Origin: Myxococcota bacterium
Lineage (GTDB): Bacteria > Myxococcota > XYA12-FULL-58-9 > JALHOP01
Direction of reading: 5' to 3'
Assembly (NCBI GenBank): GCA_041288095.1
Contig: JBGGMJ010000027.1
Location: 1-64,000, forward strand
DNA: 64,000 nt
Below are positions 39,409 to 49,689 of this stretch, piece by piece (position 1 is the first letter of the stretch; every line of letters starts with the position of its first letter). The notes beneath the pieces are model-generated. The model saw only the letters and a program-made list of their open reading frames with translations. It was not told where the DNA came from and did not search any database. A program made the translations under genes and the position numbers.

Positions 39409-40153
39409 AGCGATCGCTGGGCGTCATGGCAGTCGCGGCCAAATCTTGGTCGAGGCGGCCATCGCGCTGCCGATCGCCATCTTCGTCGTGCTGGGTGCCT
39501 TGCAGATCATGCTGGTCCAGCACGGCCGCGCCATCGCCGAGTACGCCGCGTATTGCGCCGCGCGTGCCGGGATCGTTCACGACGCCGACCACGCGGTGAT
39601 GCGCAACGCGGCGCTGGTCGCCGCCCTGCCGCTCTATGGCCGGACCGACACATTGGCTACGTTCCGAGACACGTGGGCGCTCGCGCGGACCAACGCGCTC
39701 CTCGGCTCGTCCCTCTCCGGCGTCCCGCTCGTCGACGTCGAGGTCACGAGCCCGGACGCCAACGCCTTTGCCGCGGCCCAGGCCTGGCAATACCAGCACG
39801 AGCTCGATGCGCTCAGCGCCGACCCGCAGGGCCCGCTCGCCTATCAGCGCCTGGAGATCGACTTCGACGACGGAGCGCTAATGGCCGCGCATCCCGAGGC
39901 CGGACGTCTGGCGCTCACCGTCCGCGTCCTCTACCCCCTGCGCATTCCGGTCATCGGGCGGCTCATCTTCGAAGTCTGGCTGCTCGGGGCCTATCTCGGC
40001 GGCACACCCTGGGCGGCGGAGCTGCCGGCATTGCACGCCATCGCGGACGCGTCCGGGGTCTACCTCGTGCCGCTGCGCGCCTCCTACGCCATGCAGATGC
40101 AATCGAACCCGTTCGCAGCCAACGTCGCGAGCGCGACATGGTTCGGGCCATGA
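39401..40153 (+). CDS. TadE-like minor pilin
   Basis: RG|QILVEAAI prepilin motif, hydrophobic helix, YAAYCAARAG. Confidence 0.82.
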   Translation: MTEAIAGRHGSRGQILVEAAIALPIAIFVVLGALQIMLVQHGRAIAEYAAYCAARAGIVHDADHAVMRNAALVAALPLYGRTDTLATFRDTWALARTNALLGSSLSGVPLVDVEVTSPDANAFAAAQAWQYQHELDALSADPQGPLAYQRLEIDFDDGALMAAHPEAGRLALTVRVLYPLRIPVIGRLIFEVWLLGAYLGGTPWAAELPALHAIADASGVYLVPLRASYAMQMQSNPFAANVASATWFGP

Positions 40154-41727
40154 GCTCACAGCGCGGCCAGGTATCGCTGGTGCTCGTCGTGGGTCTCGTG
40201 GTGCTCGCCTTGGGCATGTACACGACGTTTACGCTATCGCGGACGATCTACGAGAAGATCCGCCTGCAGAACGCGGCCGATGCCACGGCGTATTCGATCG
40301 CCACGCGCGAAGCCCGCGCCTTCAACTTCACCGCCTTCGCGAACCGCACGCAGGTCGCGAGCTACGTGCAGCTTCTGGAAGAGCACGGCGACTATTCGCG
40401 CGCGCTCTACGCCGCGGCCATGCTCGGCTTCTGGGGCGACTTTCTGCAATCGTTCGGCAACGCCTTCCCTGCCCAGGCGAGGTTCGTCGTGGCCTTCGGC
40501 CAGACGTTCACGTCGCTCTACGACGCCTACATGCAGATCATTCACTTCTGGATGAAGCCCAAGCTCATCGCCAAGGCGACCGCGGTGCGGCTCACCAACA
40601 CGGGTTACTTCGCCTTGAGCGCGGCCATGGTGCTCTCCGCCGCGGCCCAGGCCGCGAACGGCGACTTCGAGATCGCGCGGCGCAACGATCCGCGTGTCGT
40701 CACCAACGAGCTGAGCAGTGCCTTGAACGCGCTCAATACATTGCGTTTCGCCGTGGCCATCGACGCCGCGAGCTTCGCTCCCGAGCTCGTCGACGAAACC
40801 TCGAAGCTGCGCGCGCAGCGCCTCATCACCGAGCTGGTGAACGCGTCGCGCTACGGCACACGCTCACCCAACGCCATCGTCGATCGCCTGCGCGACGAGT
40901 CGGTCGACAGCATCTTGAACGCGATCATCGCGCCCGGTTTCGCCGACGCGATGATGAAGCTCAACGATACGCTCATCGGTGGCGGCGGTGGCGTGTACGT
41001 CGGCACCAGCAAGATGGTGCGCGACATCGGCGTGCCGCCCCAGCGGCCTCCGCTGGAGCAAACCGGCTACGCCAATCCCGACTGGAGCTACCTCAACCCC
41101 GGCCCCGTGATGATGTCGAAGGACACGGTCACGCCGAGCCGCTTGTCGGACACCGGCGTCGCGAGTCTAACCTCGTCGAGCAACGGCTCGACCGTCTGCT
41201 ACTACGACCGCCAACAAGTGCCGGGGTACGGTACGGCCCGCCACTTCTTCGAATTGATCGCGGATCCTACCGCGCACGGCTTCGTCTGCGAGCAAGACGA
41301 TTGGATCCGCATCGGCGGCATCGGGCGCTATGTCGGCTATGGCGCACCGCGGAACCCATTCGGTACGACGACCGGCACCGCCTTCAACCAACCCGACGTC
41401 TGGATCTTCCTCGGCAAACAGAACGCCACCGGTTTTCCAGGCGGCACGGACCTACGCTTCACCATCGCGCGGGGCTCCGAACGCGCCGACTTCGACGCGA
41501 CCCCGGACGGCGTCTTCAGCGGCTTCGTCCACGGCATGACGGCGCTCTCGCGGGCCCAGGTGTACTACCACCGCCCCGGCGCCTGGCAGGAGCCGCCCAA
41601 CCTCTTCAATCCCTACTGGAACGCCCGGCTCGCGCCCAAGGCGGACGCTCTCGCCGGGCTCGCCGGTGACGTCGGCCTTTCGGGCGCCTTTCTCGACCTG
41701 CTTGCCGATAATGTGACGATGTTCTGA
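40150..41727 (+). CDS. TadG-like large pilin / tip protein
   Basis: RG|QVSLV, KIRLQNAADATAYS..AR.FN..A..NR; C-terminal YYHRPG.W.EPPNLFNPYW.ARL. Confidence 0.82.
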   Translation: MSSQRGQVSLVLVVGLVVLALGMYTTFTLSRTIYEKIRLQNAADATAYSIATREARAFNFTAFANRTQVASYVQLLEEHGDYSRALYAAAMLGFWGDFLQSFGNAFPAQARFVVAFGQTFTSLYDAYMQIIHFWMKPKLIAKATAVRLTNTGYFALSAAMVLSAAAQAANGDFEIARRNDPRVVTNELSSALNALNTLRFAVAIDAASFAPELVDETSKLRAQRLITELVNASRYGTRSPNAIVDRLRDESVDSILNAIIAPGFADAMMKLNDTLIGGGGGVYVGTSKMVRDIGVPPQRPPLEQTGYANPDWSYLNPGPVMMSKDTVTPSRLSDTGVASLTSSSNGSTVCYYDRQQVPGYGTARHFFELIADPTAHGFVCEQDDWIRIGGIGRYVGYGAPRNPFGTTTGTAFNQPDVWIFLGKQNATGFPGGTDLRFTIARGSERADFDATPDGVFSGFVHGMTALSRAQVYYHRPGAWQEPPNLFNPYWNARLAPKADALAGLAGDVGLSGAFLDLLADNVTMF

Positions 41728-42831
41728 ATGGTTGCGCGAGCCAAACAGGAGCGCGGCAGCGCGCTGGTCGAAATGACCGTCATCATGCCGCTGGTCGTGG
41801 CGGTCATTTACGGATCGATCTATCTCGCGGACTTAGGGCTCCTGCGTCTCAAGGCCCTCGAGGTATCGCGCTATGCCGCCTGGGGGCTCGCGACCAGGCC
41901 GCTCTCCGAGAATCTCCATGGCAACCACTCGTCCGCTTTTGCGTACATGCGCAACACCGTGCGCGATGAAGTGCACGCCCTCTACATCGACCTCGACGCC
42001 GCGCATCAGTGGCCCGAGATTGGCGTCTCGCGCCTCACCGCCGGTGGCCAGCTCATCGCCCTCACCGACTACGATCTGACGAGCACCGCGGCACCGACCG
42101 TGCCCGTCATCGGCGACATCGGTTACGCCCATCAGCTCAGCATCCTGGGGCAGGTGGCGCGCTTTCTCGGCGTCGGGCCCGACATCGACAGCCTGGTCGC
42201 GTCGTTCTTCGACCGCCTTGGCTTCAACGGCGACGGCATGGTCGCCGGGAGCGCCGGCATCCTCGCGTCATTGCCGTGGGTCGCGAGCGATGCCTCGCGC
42301 GCGCTCTTGCTGGCGGCGGAAGGCGCGCCCCGCGGCGCCGATCTCACCGCCTGGTCTCCCACCTACGGCTTCGTCCTCGGCAACGAAGCCGGTCTGCCGG
42401 TCATGACGACGCTCCTCGCCGATAGCTGGCGCCTGCAAGAAGGCTACAGCGCGCTGCCCACGCGTCCGGCGACGTTCCACGCGGTCGTCCGCCGTCTCCA
42501 TGGCAGCGCCCTGCGCGCCCTCCCCGCCATCGGTCCGGTCGCCGCGTTCTTCGCCGGCGTGAACGACATGCAAGTGGTCTCGCGCCCGTATCTCGGCTAT
42601 CGCGACCCTTGGCAGTCTGGGAACGCCCTCTTCACGGAGACCGGACAAATCAACGTGTTCGAAATGACCGGCACGTCGATCGACGAAGCGAGCCCGGTGC
42701 AGCTCTTCGAGACCGGTGCCCTCTTCGACGATCCGAACGACAAGGCATCGAGCCCCTATCTGCGCGAGCTCAACAGCCGTGGCGGCAACTTCATGGGCTG
42801 CCCTTGGCCCGAGCGCAGGGGGTGCCGGTGA
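41728..42831 (+). CDS. TadE-like minor pilin
   Basis: RG|SALVEM..P, hydrophobic helix, SRYAAW. Confidence 0.8.
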   Translation: MVARAKQERGSALVEMTVIMPLVVAVIYGSIYLADLGLLRLKALEVSRYAAWGLATRPLSENLHGNHSSAFAYMRNTVRDEVHALYIDLDAAHQWPEIGVSRLTAGGQLIALTDYDLTSTAAPTVPVIGDIGYAHQLSILGQVARFLGVGPDIDSLVASFFDRLGFNGDGMVAGSAGILASLPWVASDASRALLLAAEGAPRGADLTAWSPTYGFVLGNEAGLPVMTTLLADSWRLQEGYSALPTRPATFHAVVRRLHGSALRALPAIGPVAAFFAGVNDMQVVSRPYLGYRDPWQSGNALFTETGQINVFEMTGTSIDEASPVQLFETGALFDDPNDKASSPYLRELNSRGGNFMGCPWPERRGCR

Positions 42832-43526
42832 AGCACCGCATCGCCCTCATGGCCGGCTTGTTCGTTCTGTCCGCTCTAGCGGGCGTGCTCACGGCGACGT
42901 CGCCCGCACGCGGCGACAGTGAAGCCGAAGTGCCCTTGCCGCGTGACTTCCAGCGGCTCATCCCACCTTACCCCGGGGCCGCATACCGCGCGGCCGGTGA
43001 CCAGCTCGCGGTCGAAGGCATACGCCGCAAGCTCGCTTACTCCGAAACCGACGACGCGCCGCCCACGGTGCTCCGTCGCTATCGTGACGCGCTCGAGGGT
43101 CGAGGTCTCACGGTGCGCGACTATGGTGACGGTCTCACCGCTGGTGGCGACGGCTGGCTGCGCACCATCGTCGTGACCGGGCGCGCAGAGGGCAGCCTCA
43201 TCGTCGCGAGCCTCCGGCGCGAGGACACGAGCGTGAGAGGCGCGCTGTTGCCGATACCCGCGACCTGCGCCCGACGCGACGACGCCAGCTCCCGCGACGG
43301 TACGACCGGGCGGAGCGTCACCAACCTAGTCTGTGACGGCTACGTCGCGGAGCTGCGCGCGTATTACGAGAGCCTCATGGGCAAAGAGGCTGCGTTCGTC
43401 CACGATGACGGACTGGCGCACGTCTTGCGCTTCGAGCGCGATGGCGAGGAGCTGACGGTCACCATGGCTCAGCTTCCTGGAGATCCGCCACGCGTGGCCG
43501 CGAGCCTCTACTGGGAGGCCCGATGA
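42828..43526 (+). CDS. Exported hypothetical protein in the Tad cluster
   Basis: Signal peptide; two related halves (PPYPGA.. / PIPAT..); GTGA and ATGA overlaps. Confidence 0.7.
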   Translation: MKHRIALMAGLFVLSALAGVLTATSPARGDSEAEVPLPRDFQRLIPPYPGAAYRAAGDQLAVEGIRRKLAYSETDDAPPTVLRRYRDALEGRGLTVRDYGDGLTAGGDGWLRTIVVTGRAEGSLIVASLRREDTSVRGALLPIPATCARRDDASSRDGTTGRSVTNLVCDGYVAELRAYYESLMGKEAAFVHDDGLAHVLRFERDGEELTVTMAQLPGDPPRVAASLYWEAR

Positions 43527-43714
43527 GACGCTCGCAACGTGGTCAGGCCATCACCGAATACGCGCTGCTGGGCGCCCTGCTGGTCGGCGCTTTCTTCGTG
43601 CCGTTTTTCCCCGGACCGAACGGCGGCTTCGTCTCGGTCTTCGAGCTGTCCATCAGCGTCATCGACATCTACATCGCCGGTTTCCATTCCGCGATCATGC
43701 TCCCCGTCCCCTAA
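43523..43714 (+). CDS. Small Flp/TadE-like pilin (63 aa)
   Basis: RG|QAITEYALL prepilin motif. Confidence 0.78.
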   Translation: MRRSQRGQAITEYALLGALLVGAFFVPFFPGPNGGFVSVFELSISVIDIYIAGFHSAIMLPVP

Positions 43715-43726
43715 GCGAGGCCCATC

Positions 43727-44551
43727 GTGCTGCAAGGTAGAGCCCCCCTTCTCATCGCCGCCATCTTCGCCGTGCTCGCTGGCCTCGTCGCCTACGTCTT
43801 GGTGCGGAGTGAACGCCGGGACATCCAGCGCGGTTGGGAGCCGGTCGAGGTCGTCGTCGCGGCGCACGACATGGCACCCGGCGATACGCTGACCCGCGAG
43901 AGCCTCGCCAAGAGCACCCTGCCCTCGAAGTCGGTGACCCGCTCGGTGGTCACGGTCGAGGACATGAACAGCGCGCCCATCCTGGGTCGCCGGCTCGCGG
44001 TGCCGATGCTCGCCGGCGACGTGCTGCTGTACTCGCACGTGCATAGCGCGACGCGCGATCAACAGCTCTCCGAAGCGGTGCAGACCAAGGGTCGCGCTCT
44101 CGCCATCCGCGTGACACCCGAGAGCTCGGTGCACAACTGGATCGAGCCGGGCGACCGCGTCGACATCATCGGCATCTTCCGCGACCCGAAGCGCAACGAG
44201 ACAGTGGCGACCACCATGCTCCAGAACGTCATCGTGCTGGCCACCGGCCGCATCGGCGGACGGACCAACAAGCGTCTGCTGAGCGAAAACGAGCGCTCCT
44301 ACAACACGGTCACCGTCCACGTCCTCCCCGAAGCCGCCGAGATGCTCGTGCTCGGCCAAGAGCTCGGGTCGCTGCATCTCACTTTGCGCAGCCTCGACGA
44401 CAACGAGATCCACGACCTCGGCGACGGCCGCACCACGATGACGACGCTGCTCACCGGCGAGCGCGCGAAGGAGCTGTCGCGCACCCAGTCGAAGATCTTC
44501 AAGGTCGAGATCATTCGTGGCAGGCAATCGGAGATGCAAACGGTACCGTGA
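43727..44551 (+). CDS. cpaB: Flp pilus assembly protein CpaB/RcpC
   Basis: VVVAAHD..PG (SAF domain), RALAI.V, IEPGDRVDI, LQNV.VLA. Confidence 0.92.
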   Translation: MLQGRAPLLIAAIFAVLAGLVAYVLVRSERRDIQRGWEPVEVVVAAHDMAPGDTLTRESLAKSTLPSKSVTRSVVTVEDMNSAPILGRRLAVPMLAGDVLLYSHVHSATRDQQLSEAVQTKGRALAIRVTPESSVHNWIEPGDRVDIIGIFRDPKRNETVATTMLQNVIVLATGRIGGRTNKRLLSENERSYNTVTVHVLPEAAEMLVLGQELGSLHLTLRSLDDNEIHDLGDGRTTMTTLLTGERAKELSRTQSKIFKVEIIRGRQSEMQTVP

Positions 44552-45390
44552 ACGTCGTCGTCCTCATATCGGCCGCTTTAGCGGTCTTCTTCTTGATGCT
44601 CGTCGTCGTCAACGTCTTGTCGCGCGCGCTCGATCAGTACGCCGCCGAATACGTGGCGAAGCGCGTCTCGGACCTCTCCGAGATGTTCTTCTTCGTGGGG
44701 CGCGAGCAGCTCATGTTGCTCACGGTCGCGCTCACCGCCGCGGCGGCGATTGTCGGCCTGCTCGTCGCCGGACCGGTGCTCACGGTCGTGCTCGTGGTGG
44801 CGGGCCTCGCGAGCCCGACGGTCTTGGTGCGCTTCTATCGCGCGCGTCGCATCAAGCTCTTCGACCGGCAGCTCGTCGACGCGCTCGCGGGCATGGCGAG
44901 CGCCTTTCGCGCCGGCATGACGCTCTACCAGGCGATGGAAGAGGTAGCGCGCTCCGCGCCGGCACCGCTCTCGCAGGAGCTCGCGCTCACCGTTCGCGAG
45001 ATCCGCGTCGGCACCAGCACCGACGACGCTCTCGAGAACCTGGCCAACCGCGTCGGCAGCGACGACCTGCGCCTCGTGGTCACGAGCATCAACACGGCGC
45101 GCAGCTTCGGCGGCAACATGGCCGAGATGCTCGACACCATCGCGGCGACTATCCGCGAGCGCTTCCGCATCGAGGGTCGCGTGCGCGCGCTCACCGCCCA
45201 GGGCCGCCTGCAGGGGGTCATCATCGGCCTCATGCCGATCTTCGTCTGGGTCGCGTTCGACTTCATCCGACCCGATCTCACGCGGCCCATGATGAGCCAC
45301 TGGTTCGGCGTCGCCGTCGTCGGCTTGGTCATCAGCATGGAGGTCATCGGCGCGCTGCTTATCCGGCGCGTGGTGACGATTCGCGTATGA
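44548..45390 (+). CDS. tadB: TadB inner-membrane platform protein
   Basis: QLVDAL..MASAFRAG, PLSQE, GGNMAE.L..IA.TIRER, RALTAQGRL. Confidence 0.9.
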   Translation: MNVVVLISAALAVFFLMLVVVNVLSRALDQYAAEYVAKRVSDLSEMFFFVGREQLMLLTVALTAAAAIVGLLVAGPVLTVVLVVAGLASPTVLVRFYRARRIKLFDRQLVDALAGMASAFRAGMTLYQAMEEVARSAPAPLSQELALTVREIRVGTSTDDALENLANRVGSDDLRLVVTSINTARSFGGNMAEMLDTIAATIRERFRIEGRVRALTAQGRLQGVIIGLMPIFVWVAFDFIRPDLTRPMMSHWFGVAVVGLVISMEVIGALLIRRVVTIRV

Positions 45391-46268
45391 CCCCCATGCT
45401 CGCCATCCTCGTCGCGGTGTTGGTCGGCTCCGCCGGCTTCCTCGCCGCCTACTACGTGAGCACGCGTCTTGTGCGCGAGCTCGCCGCGGTCAAAGCAGCA
45501 CCTCGCGAGCGTCGCAGCGACGTGCCGCGGAGCCCATTCGTCGCGGCCTGGGTCCGGCGCGTCGAGCCGCTGGTCCCTACGAGCCTCGAGGGGCGCATCG
45601 AGCGTCGCATCGTTCAGGCGGGTGGTCTCGAAGGGCTGACGCCGGCGGAGCTCTTCCTCTACGTCGTCATCACCACACTGGTCGGAGTCGCCCTATCGAT
45701 CTGGATTGCCATGGCGACTGGCTGGACACTTTGGCTCGTGCTCGCCGGCGTCATCCTCGGCGTCGTCTACCCGTTCGTTTGGCTCCGCGATCGCGTACGC
45801 CTGCGCCACCTCGAGATCCAGCGCGAGCTGCCCTTCCACATCGACTTGCTTACCTTGTGCGTCGAGGCCGGCCTCGACTTCGCCGCGGGCGTCGCGAAGA
45901 CCTGTGAGAAGGGTAAGCCGGGTGCCCTTCGGGACGAGCTCACGCGGTTTCTCGGCGAGGTCCGCGTCGGCAAGACCCGCGCCGAAGCGCTCGAGGCGAT
46001 GGGCGCGAGAGTCGGCTTGATGGCGCTCACCAACTTCGTGTCGGCGCTGGTGCAAGCCGAGCGCATGGGTAGCGGCGTCGGCAAGACGTTGCGGGCACAA
46101 GCCGAGCAACTCCGTAGCGAGCGCTCGCAGCGCGCCGAAAAAGCGGCGGGCGAAGCTCCGGTGAAGATCCTCATCCCACTCGTGCTCTTCGTCTTCCCCA
46201 CCATCTGGATCGTGCTCGCGGCCCCACTCGTGTTCGAATGGGTCTTCGGCGGTGGGCTTGCGCCATGA
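45387..46268 (+). CDS. tadC: TadC inner-membrane platform protein
   Basis: ELP..IDLL.LCVEAGLDF, G..R.EAL, QAERMG, RAEK.A...PVKI..PLVLF.FP. Confidence 0.9.
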   Translation: MTPMLAILVAVLVGSAGFLAAYYVSTRLVRELAAVKAAPRERRSDVPRSPFVAAWVRRVEPLVPTSLEGRIERRIVQAGGLEGLTPAELFLYVVITTLVGVALSIWIAMATGWTLWLVLAGVILGVVYPFVWLRDRVRLRHLEIQRELPFHIDLLTLCVEAGLDFAAGVAKTCEKGKPGALRDELTRFLGEVRVGKTRAEALEAMGARVGLMALTNFVSALVQAERMGSGVGKTLRAQAEQLRSERSQRAEKAAGEAPVKILIPLVLFVFPTIWIVLAAPLVFEWVFGGGLAP

Positions 46269-47602
46269 AGCTCCGACTCAAGATCGTCAAAGGCTCGGGC
46301 GAAGGGAAATCATTCGTCTTCACCAAGGCGCCGGTACGCATCGGACGCGCCCCCGAAAGCGACCTGGTGCTCAACGACGACGGCATCTCACGCTTGCAGT
46401 GCGAGCTGCTCGTCGAGCCGGCTGGCGTCATGCTGCGGGACCTGACGAGCGCCAACGGCACCAAGGTGAACGACGTCATCGCCACCGAAACCGAGCTCAA
46501 GGTCGGCGACAGCATCGGCATGGGACCCGTGATCTTCGAGGTGCTCGAGATCGATGCCCACGCCGAGATCCGCGCCAGCGGCATTCAAGCCGCTAAAGCG
46601 GACAGAGTCGTACCCAAGCCCATGGGCGAAGGCGACCCGGGCACCAAGCCCTCGGCCCCGCCACAGAAGCGCAGCGAGCTCGTCACCAAGGTGGCCGGCA
46701 AGCTCACCGGCATCTTCAAGAGCCACCAGGTCGTGCAAAGCCCCCGCGCTCAATCGTCACAGCGCCGCATCGTGCGCTTGGCGGCGTTGACCGCGCTCGT
46801 CATCGCGGTGTGCACCGCGTACTACATCGCCAAGCACAGGAAGCCGGACGAATCGTTCAGAGTTTTTCCCATCGACAAGACGGCGCTGGCCACCTCGTAC
46901 GGCAAAGGCAACGTCGACGTCGTCGCAAGTGACCGTGCTACCTTCACTTTCGACAGTCAGGGCGGGCGCGTCGTCATCGCTTATGCGGCCGCGTCCATCG
47001 ACCGCGGCGACCAGGTAGAGATTGTGGTGAATGGTGAGCGCGTCGGCTACGCTCCGCAAACCGCAAGTGGATGGACGACCGGCTTCCGCATCAACGTGCC
47101 GCGACGGCTGCTCAAGGCGGAACGTAATATCGTGATATTCGATAACCTCGACATTCCGGCCCGGGCCGGCAAAGAAGACGACCGCTGGGCGATCGGACAG
47201 GTAACTGTCACCGAGACGGTGCTGCCCGCTCCCGACACCGCCAAAGCCAAACAGCTCCACGATCTCGGCAAGGTGGCCTTCGACAGCCGCTCGGTGGCGC
47301 CGCAGAACCTCACGCGTGCTCTCGCCTATCTCGAGGAAGCGGAGCTTTTCACCGCCGCCGAGGCCAGCCCATCGCCGGTTGCCCAGGACATCGAGAAACT
47401 GCTCACAAAAGTGCGAGCCGAGCTGCAGACGACGTTCGAAGCGCATATCTTCTCGGCCGAGCAAGCGCTGCGCTTCGGTGATACGGAGCGTGCGCGAGAT
47501 GCTCTGCGCGACATCTTGCGCTACTTTCCCGATGCCAATGATCCACGCCACCAAGCCGCCAAGGAGCGCCTAGCCGAGCTCGGCATAGGTAGCGCTCACT
47601 AA
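46265..47602 (+). CDS. FHA domain membrane protein closing the Tad cluster
   Basis: IGR..SD.VL.D.GISR...D..SANGT; TM helix; periplasmic beta domain and TPR-like helices. Confidence 0.85.
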   Translation: MKLRLKIVKGSGEGKSFVFTKAPVRIGRAPESDLVLNDDGISRLQCELLVEPAGVMLRDLTSANGTKVNDVIATETELKVGDSIGMGPVIFEVLEIDAHAEIRASGIQAAKADRVVPKPMGEGDPGTKPSAPPQKRSELVTKVAGKLTGIFKSHQVVQSPRAQSSQRRIVRLAALTALVIAVCTAYYIAKHRKPDESFRVFPIDKTALATSYGKGNVDVVASDRATFTFDSQGGRVVIAYAAASIDRGDQVEIVVNGERVGYAPQTASGWTTGFRINVPRRLLKAERNIVIFDNLDIPARAGKEDDRWAIGQVTVTETVLPAPDTAKAKQLHDLGKVAFDSRSVAPQNLTRALAYLEEAELFTAAEASPSPVAQDIEKLLTKVRAELQTTFEAHIFSAEQALRFGDTERARDALRDILRYFPDANDPRHQAAKERLAELGIGSAH

Positions 47603-47638
47603 CCGTTCGTACGTCGTCGTTCCGTTCCAGAGGACTGC

Positions 47639-49648
47639 ATGGATCCCATTCGTTTGCAGGTGGTCATTCCGTTTCACCAGCCGTTAGCCGCCGAGGGCGA
47701 TGCCATCGAGCACGCCGTCGCGGTCTGTTACGAGCCCATTCTCGTGGCGCTAGAGGAAGCCGCGCAGGCGCGCGTCGCCGTGCACTTCTCGGGTCATCTG
47801 CTCGACCACTTGTCGCGCAAGCGTGAGGACTTCCTCATGCGCTTGAAGGCGCTTGCCCGGGCTGGTCGCGTCGAGATTCTCGGCGGCTTGTTCTACGGCA
47901 GCATTCCGACCTTGCTCCCCGAAGCCGACGTCCGCGCTCAGGTGCAGATGACCGCCGAATACTGGGAGTCGTTCATCGGGCGCGCCCCATCCGGCTTCTG
48001 GCTCCCCGAGCTCGCCTGGACCGCCGAGCTGCCGCGCATGCTCGACGAGACCGGCCTCGACTACGGCTTCATCTCGGCCTCGCAGATCGCCATCGACTCG
48101 AGCTCGCAGCACGGGGTCGTTACCATCGAGCGTGGCGGCGCCGCCGCGCATGCGTTCGTTTTGGCGGACCAGCTATCCAAGGCCGCGCTCGGCAGCGATG
48201 CCCGCGAGTGGGCGGATGGCGCGGTCGACAACATGCAACGCGCGAGAAATCAGGTGCACACCATCTGGTTGCGCGCCGAGAGCCTGGGACTCGAGGGCAG
48301 CTCGCAGGAGTGGGCCCGCGAGTGGTTGCCGGAGTGGCTCGAGGCCGTCAGCGGCGGCCGCGACGAGCTGTCGACCGTCCTCCCTAGCGAGGCCTACGCC
48401 GGTGCACGGCCGGCGCGACCGGTGAAGCTCCTGCATCGCTGCGCCGACGTGGTGCTCGACGGCAAGCCGAGCGAAGGCGTCGACTGGCCGGACTTCGCGC
48501 TGCAGTTTCCCGAGGTCGATGCTCTGCATCGCCGCATGCTGCGCGCCTCGGACAAGCTGCGCGAAGCCATCGCCACCATGGAAGAAGAGAGCATGGAGGA
48601 CGAGTGGTCGAGCGACCTCGCGACCGCCCAACGTTGCATCTTCGCGGCGCAGGCGCCCGACGCCTACTGGCGCGGCCGCGGCAAAGGCTTCGCCGATCCC
48701 AAGTTGCGCGACGCCGTCATGACCCGCCTGACCCGCGCGGAACGCTTGATCGACGCGCTGGTGCAAGGTGAAGACGATTGGATCAGCGCCGAAGAAGAAG
48801 ACCGCGACGGCGACCTCGTCGACGAAGTGTTCGTGTCGAGCCGGCATCTCGCCGCCTGGATCGTGCCCGGCGAAGGCGCGCGCGTGCGCACCCTCGATGA
48901 CCGCTTGAGCGGACGCAACGTCTTCGACGTCGGCAGCATCGAGCGCGAGCGGGCAACGACGCAGGGCCTGCGTGAGCTGGTGCTCGATCTCGAGACCTCG
49001 CCGGAGGAGCTGTTTTCGGGGGGCACGAAGGAGCTCGCGACCGGCAGCTACGTGCAGCAGGAGAGCGCCATCGATGAAGCCGGCGACCTCACGTATCGGC
49101 TCGAGGTCACTGGGACGGTCACGACCGGCGGCCACACCGCGAGCAACGTCGAGATCCAGAAGAGCCTAGGCATCCCCATCGACAAGGCCGAGGTGACTCT
49201 CGCAACGACGGCGCGCGTCACCGAGGGCAAGGGCGTGCTGCTAGCGACCCGCATTCCGATTCGCCTGGGCGCCGCGGACACCAAGCTCACGGTGAACGGC
49301 TCATCGGCGAAGGCCGGCATTGCCCGACATGACGAGGTGTCGAGCGTCCGCATCGAGGCTGCCGACGGCGGCGCCGTCGAGCTCTCGCTGGTACCCGCGC
49401 TCGAGGTCTGGACCGCTCCCGCCTCGCGTGAAGATGCCTCGCAGGGATTCATCATCGTGCCCATTCTTCGCGCCGAGGGTGAAGCCACGGCTCGCCTCAC
49501 GGTTCAGCTCATCCCGGCGCCGCATCACGTCGAGCAAATCGTCGCGGAGAGCGAGAGCCACGACGAGGAAGACGAGCTTGACGAGGATAACGAGGATGAG
49601 AGCACCCACGAGGATGCGACCATCGTCCCGGGTGATTCTGACCCCTGA
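47639..49648 (+). CDS. GH57 4-alpha-glucanotransferase-like protein with degenerate motifs
   Basis: HQP, VHFSG.LL, GFWLPE, AQ..DAYW.G, D.DGD..DEV; acidic tail. Confidence 0.78.
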   Translation: MDPIRLQVVIPFHQPLAAEGDAIEHAVAVCYEPILVALEEAAQARVAVHFSGHLLDHLSRKREDFLMRLKALARAGRVEILGGLFYGSIPTLLPEADVRAQVQMTAEYWESFIGRAPSGFWLPELAWTAELPRMLDETGLDYGFISASQIAIDSSSQHGVVTIERGGAAAHAFVLADQLSKAALGSDAREWADGAVDNMQRARNQVHTIWLRAESLGLEGSSQEWAREWLPEWLEAVSGGRDELSTVLPSEAYAGARPARPVKLLHRCADVVLDGKPSEGVDWPDFALQFPEVDALHRRMLRASDKLREAIATMEEESMEDEWSSDLATAQRCIFAAQAPDAYWRGRGKGFADPKLRDAVMTRLTRAERLIDALVQGEDDWISAEEEDRDGDLVDEVFVSSRHLAAWIVPGEGARVRTLDDRLSGRNVFDVGSIERERATTQGLRELVLDLETSPEELFSGGTKELATGSYVQQESAIDEAGDLTYRLEVTGTVTTGGHTASNVEIQKSLGIPIDKAEVTLATTARVTEGKGVLLATRIPIRLGAADTKLTVNGSSAKAGIARHDEVSSVRIEAADGGAVELSLVPALEVWTAPASREDASQGFIIVPILRAEGEATARLTVQLIPAPHHVEQIVAESESHDEEDELDEDNEDESTHEDATIVPGDSDP

Positions 49649-49689
49649 TACGTCCGAGCAAAACGTGACACCGTCCGGGGCGAAGCACG

